Source of the DNA: an uncultured Saprospiraceae bacterium
GTDB lineage: Bacteria; Bacteroidota; Bacteroidia; Chitinophagales; Saprospiraceae
Direction of reading: 5' to 3'
Length of the DNA: 47,562 nt
Assembly (NCBI GenBank): GCA_964396995.1
Contig: CAYNIG010000001.1
Location: forward strand, 13,632-61,193
The notes beneath the pieces are model-generated. The model saw nothing but the letters and a program-made list of their open reading frames with translations. It ran no database searches and was not told the DNA's origin. Below are positions 46,901-47,562 of this stretch, in pieces (the first letter of the stretch is position 1; each line of letters begins with the position of its first letter). A program made the translations under genes and the position numbers.

Positions 46901-47028
46901 AGTTATCCAAAGAACTTATTGTATTGCAAACCAAACTGGATCAGGCAATGAATGCAGAATTGCCTGCCATTAATAAAATACTGGATGAAAAAGGGATAAA
47001 GCCGATAAAATTAAGGGAGAGGCCATAG
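43924..47028 (+). CDS. secreted BNR/Asp-box repeat protein (sortilin/VPS10-GH74-like double propeller) with C-terminal extension
   Basis: Signal peptide. At least ten S/T-x-D-x-G-x-T-W Asp-boxes (TTDGGQTW, SSDGGKTW, STDGGNTW, SLDGGDTW, SDDGGWTW, STNGGKTW, TTDDGQSW, TRDGGKNW, TRDYGKTW...). Confidence 0.85.
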   Translation: MKKRLLFIFLFLIIHSLSYTQKDSAILPSAFYDKLKWRNIGPQRGGRSLGCTGTPGRPLEYYFGATGGGLWKTTDGGQTWAAVTDGQVTSSSVGAVAVAETNPDIVYIGMGETQLRGSITQGDGVYKSSDGGKTWRHLGLKETQAISRVRVHPTNPDIVYVSALGHPYGDNEERGVFRSTDGGNTWKKILYVDNKTGAADLVIDRQNPRIIYATTWQVYRKAWKMWGGGPGCKLWKSLDGGDTWIDLSKNTGMPAEPLGKIGITVSPADNNRLYAVVEANEGGVFRSDDGGWTWKRVNEERKLRQRAFYYSRLVADPFDKNTVYGLNVDFFKSTDGGLTFKNISTVHGDHHDLWIDPNNPQRMILSDDGGAVVSTNGGKTWTEQDYITTQLYHVMTTSDVPYHVAGAQQDNSTVAVPSEGWRNMQAGGPGHGWYYSVGGGESGWITQHPVNKDIFYAGSQGALLTKYDRSNGQIRDIQVYPRFFSGEPASSLPERWQWTYPIMFSPKDSKIMYTCSQHLWKTTDDGQSWEKISPDLTYADPETLGPTGGIITKDMNGPEIYATIFALAPSNHDVNTIWTGSDDGKVHITRDGGKNWSDITPRELPKFSRIEIIDESRFTPGTAYLAANRYQVDDREPYVFRTRDYGKTWTKIISGISSGHFARAVREDVMNKNLLFLATEHGVYFSANEGDRWQSLQFNLPNTPVRDLVVKDNDVVLGTHGRGFWIMDDIHPLRQWSVSQSLSEIKLYKPADAIRSVYNAEIQYYLPKELDTVFIDILDERGTLIQTYTGAKAAKKEETNEDDWFGPPPPPAPGTAAGLNKFSWNLLYPGAKVFDGIIIWGAQMTRGPKAPIGKYQVRLRADGKSFIQSFEIKMNPNLKGVTEADLKSTFEMASRIRDKETEANEAVILIRDMKSKLESVMKSNPDDMFKSKSESFIKNITAIEEELYQTKNRSSQDPLNFPIKLNNRIAALRRSLETGEGKPTAGVGKVFDELSKELIVLQTKLDQAMNAELPAINKILDEKGIKPIKLRERP

Positions 47029-47562
47029 AGGATTATGAAGACATGATTTTCACTCCCCTCAATATATATACTCAGTACCCAAAATACTTCTGTCATATAA
47101 GAGGTAACCATTGAACAAATAAAGAAAAAAGTATTGAAGCAGGAGAAAACAGTGGTTATGTTAAAAACGATGACCCTATAAAAAGCGAAGAAAAGCTTTT
47201 CATAGTTACAAAAAGACCAAAACAATGCTCCATTCTTCATTCGTAATGTATGGAGCTTCTCTTTCCAAAGTCGGTTTCGTTTACAGTGTGATGTAATTGG
47301 GGCAAGAACATATTGATCCTGATAGCTACGTGTGACCTATTTAGGGTCTGCTGGGGAAATCATAAAAGATTGACGCCTATTGATTTATTGAAAGAAATAG
47401 ATCAAGTAAGTGCAAGGGTATTTGGTAAAAAGATTAAAAAGGTATGCACTTATAAATAATTGGCTCAATGGCCAAGCAAAGGCATAAGTCAGAAAATAAA
47501 GCATAGCCCTTTTCATGCTGCAACCGAAATCAATTAAAAGCTAGAAAGTAAAATCACCGTCA

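Noticed and set aside
46941-47240. 99-aa minus-strand ORF overlapping the end of the BNR-repeat gene
   Set aside because: It overlaps a strongly supported gene by about 90 nt. It is a Phe/Ile-rich translation of AT-rich sequence with no start-site context. No confident gene could be called in 47029-47562.
1-47562. Classical mobile-element genes (transposase, integrase, recombinase), rRNA/tRNA genes, and phage or defence-system hallmarks (RT, Cas, restriction/helicase modules)
   Set aside because: None of the translated ORFs shows DDE, tyrosine or serine recombinase, RT, helicase or nuclease motifs. No tRNA-like TPsiC/anticodon architecture was spotted in the intergenic regions. A tRNAscan or Infernal run would be the decisive check.

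Overview
This 47.6-kb chromosomal segment reads as Bacteroidota. Support: type-A and type-B T9SS C-terminal sorting domains, a PorZ-like gene, and several TAnnTTTG -7 boxes a short distance upstream of start codons. Most genes are ordinary envelope, carbohydrate or housekeeping genes: protease-propeller-barrel fusion, M29 aminopeptidase, TPR protein, oxidoreductases, ADOP/FtsX permease, DUF3526-type ABC permeases, sulfatase, AlkB, methyltransferase, CE4 deacetylase, CsaA, GH43, BNR-repeat protein. I found no rRNA, tRNA, CRISPR array, transposase or integrase.

The accessory content is concentrated in four places:
1. A 7.75-kb island (18865-26615) is bracketed by a decayed 5' copy and an intact copy of the same sulfatase gene. 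It carries a 1998-aa signal-peptide-bearing SpvB/FG-GAP/RHS (TcB-TcC-like) polymorphic toxin with an unassigned C-terminal tip, a 94-aa candidate immunity gene, and two tiny secreted proteins that are little more than T9SS sorting domains. This is the best candidate for an undescribed system.
2. A low-GC esterase/membrane-protein/MerR cassette is flanked by a 16-nt imperfect inverted repeat.
3. A two-module toxin-antitoxin islet, with one toxin decayed, is bracketed by structured REP-like repeats.
4. Three separate duplications or tandem arrays each begin at the 3' end of a minus-strand gene.

Gene decay is frequent: a sulfatase fragment, a G3E/CobW GTPase stub, an ABC ATPase with an internal in-frame deletion, and a frameshifted RelE-like toxin. 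All functional calls come from motif reading by eye. No database search was possible.
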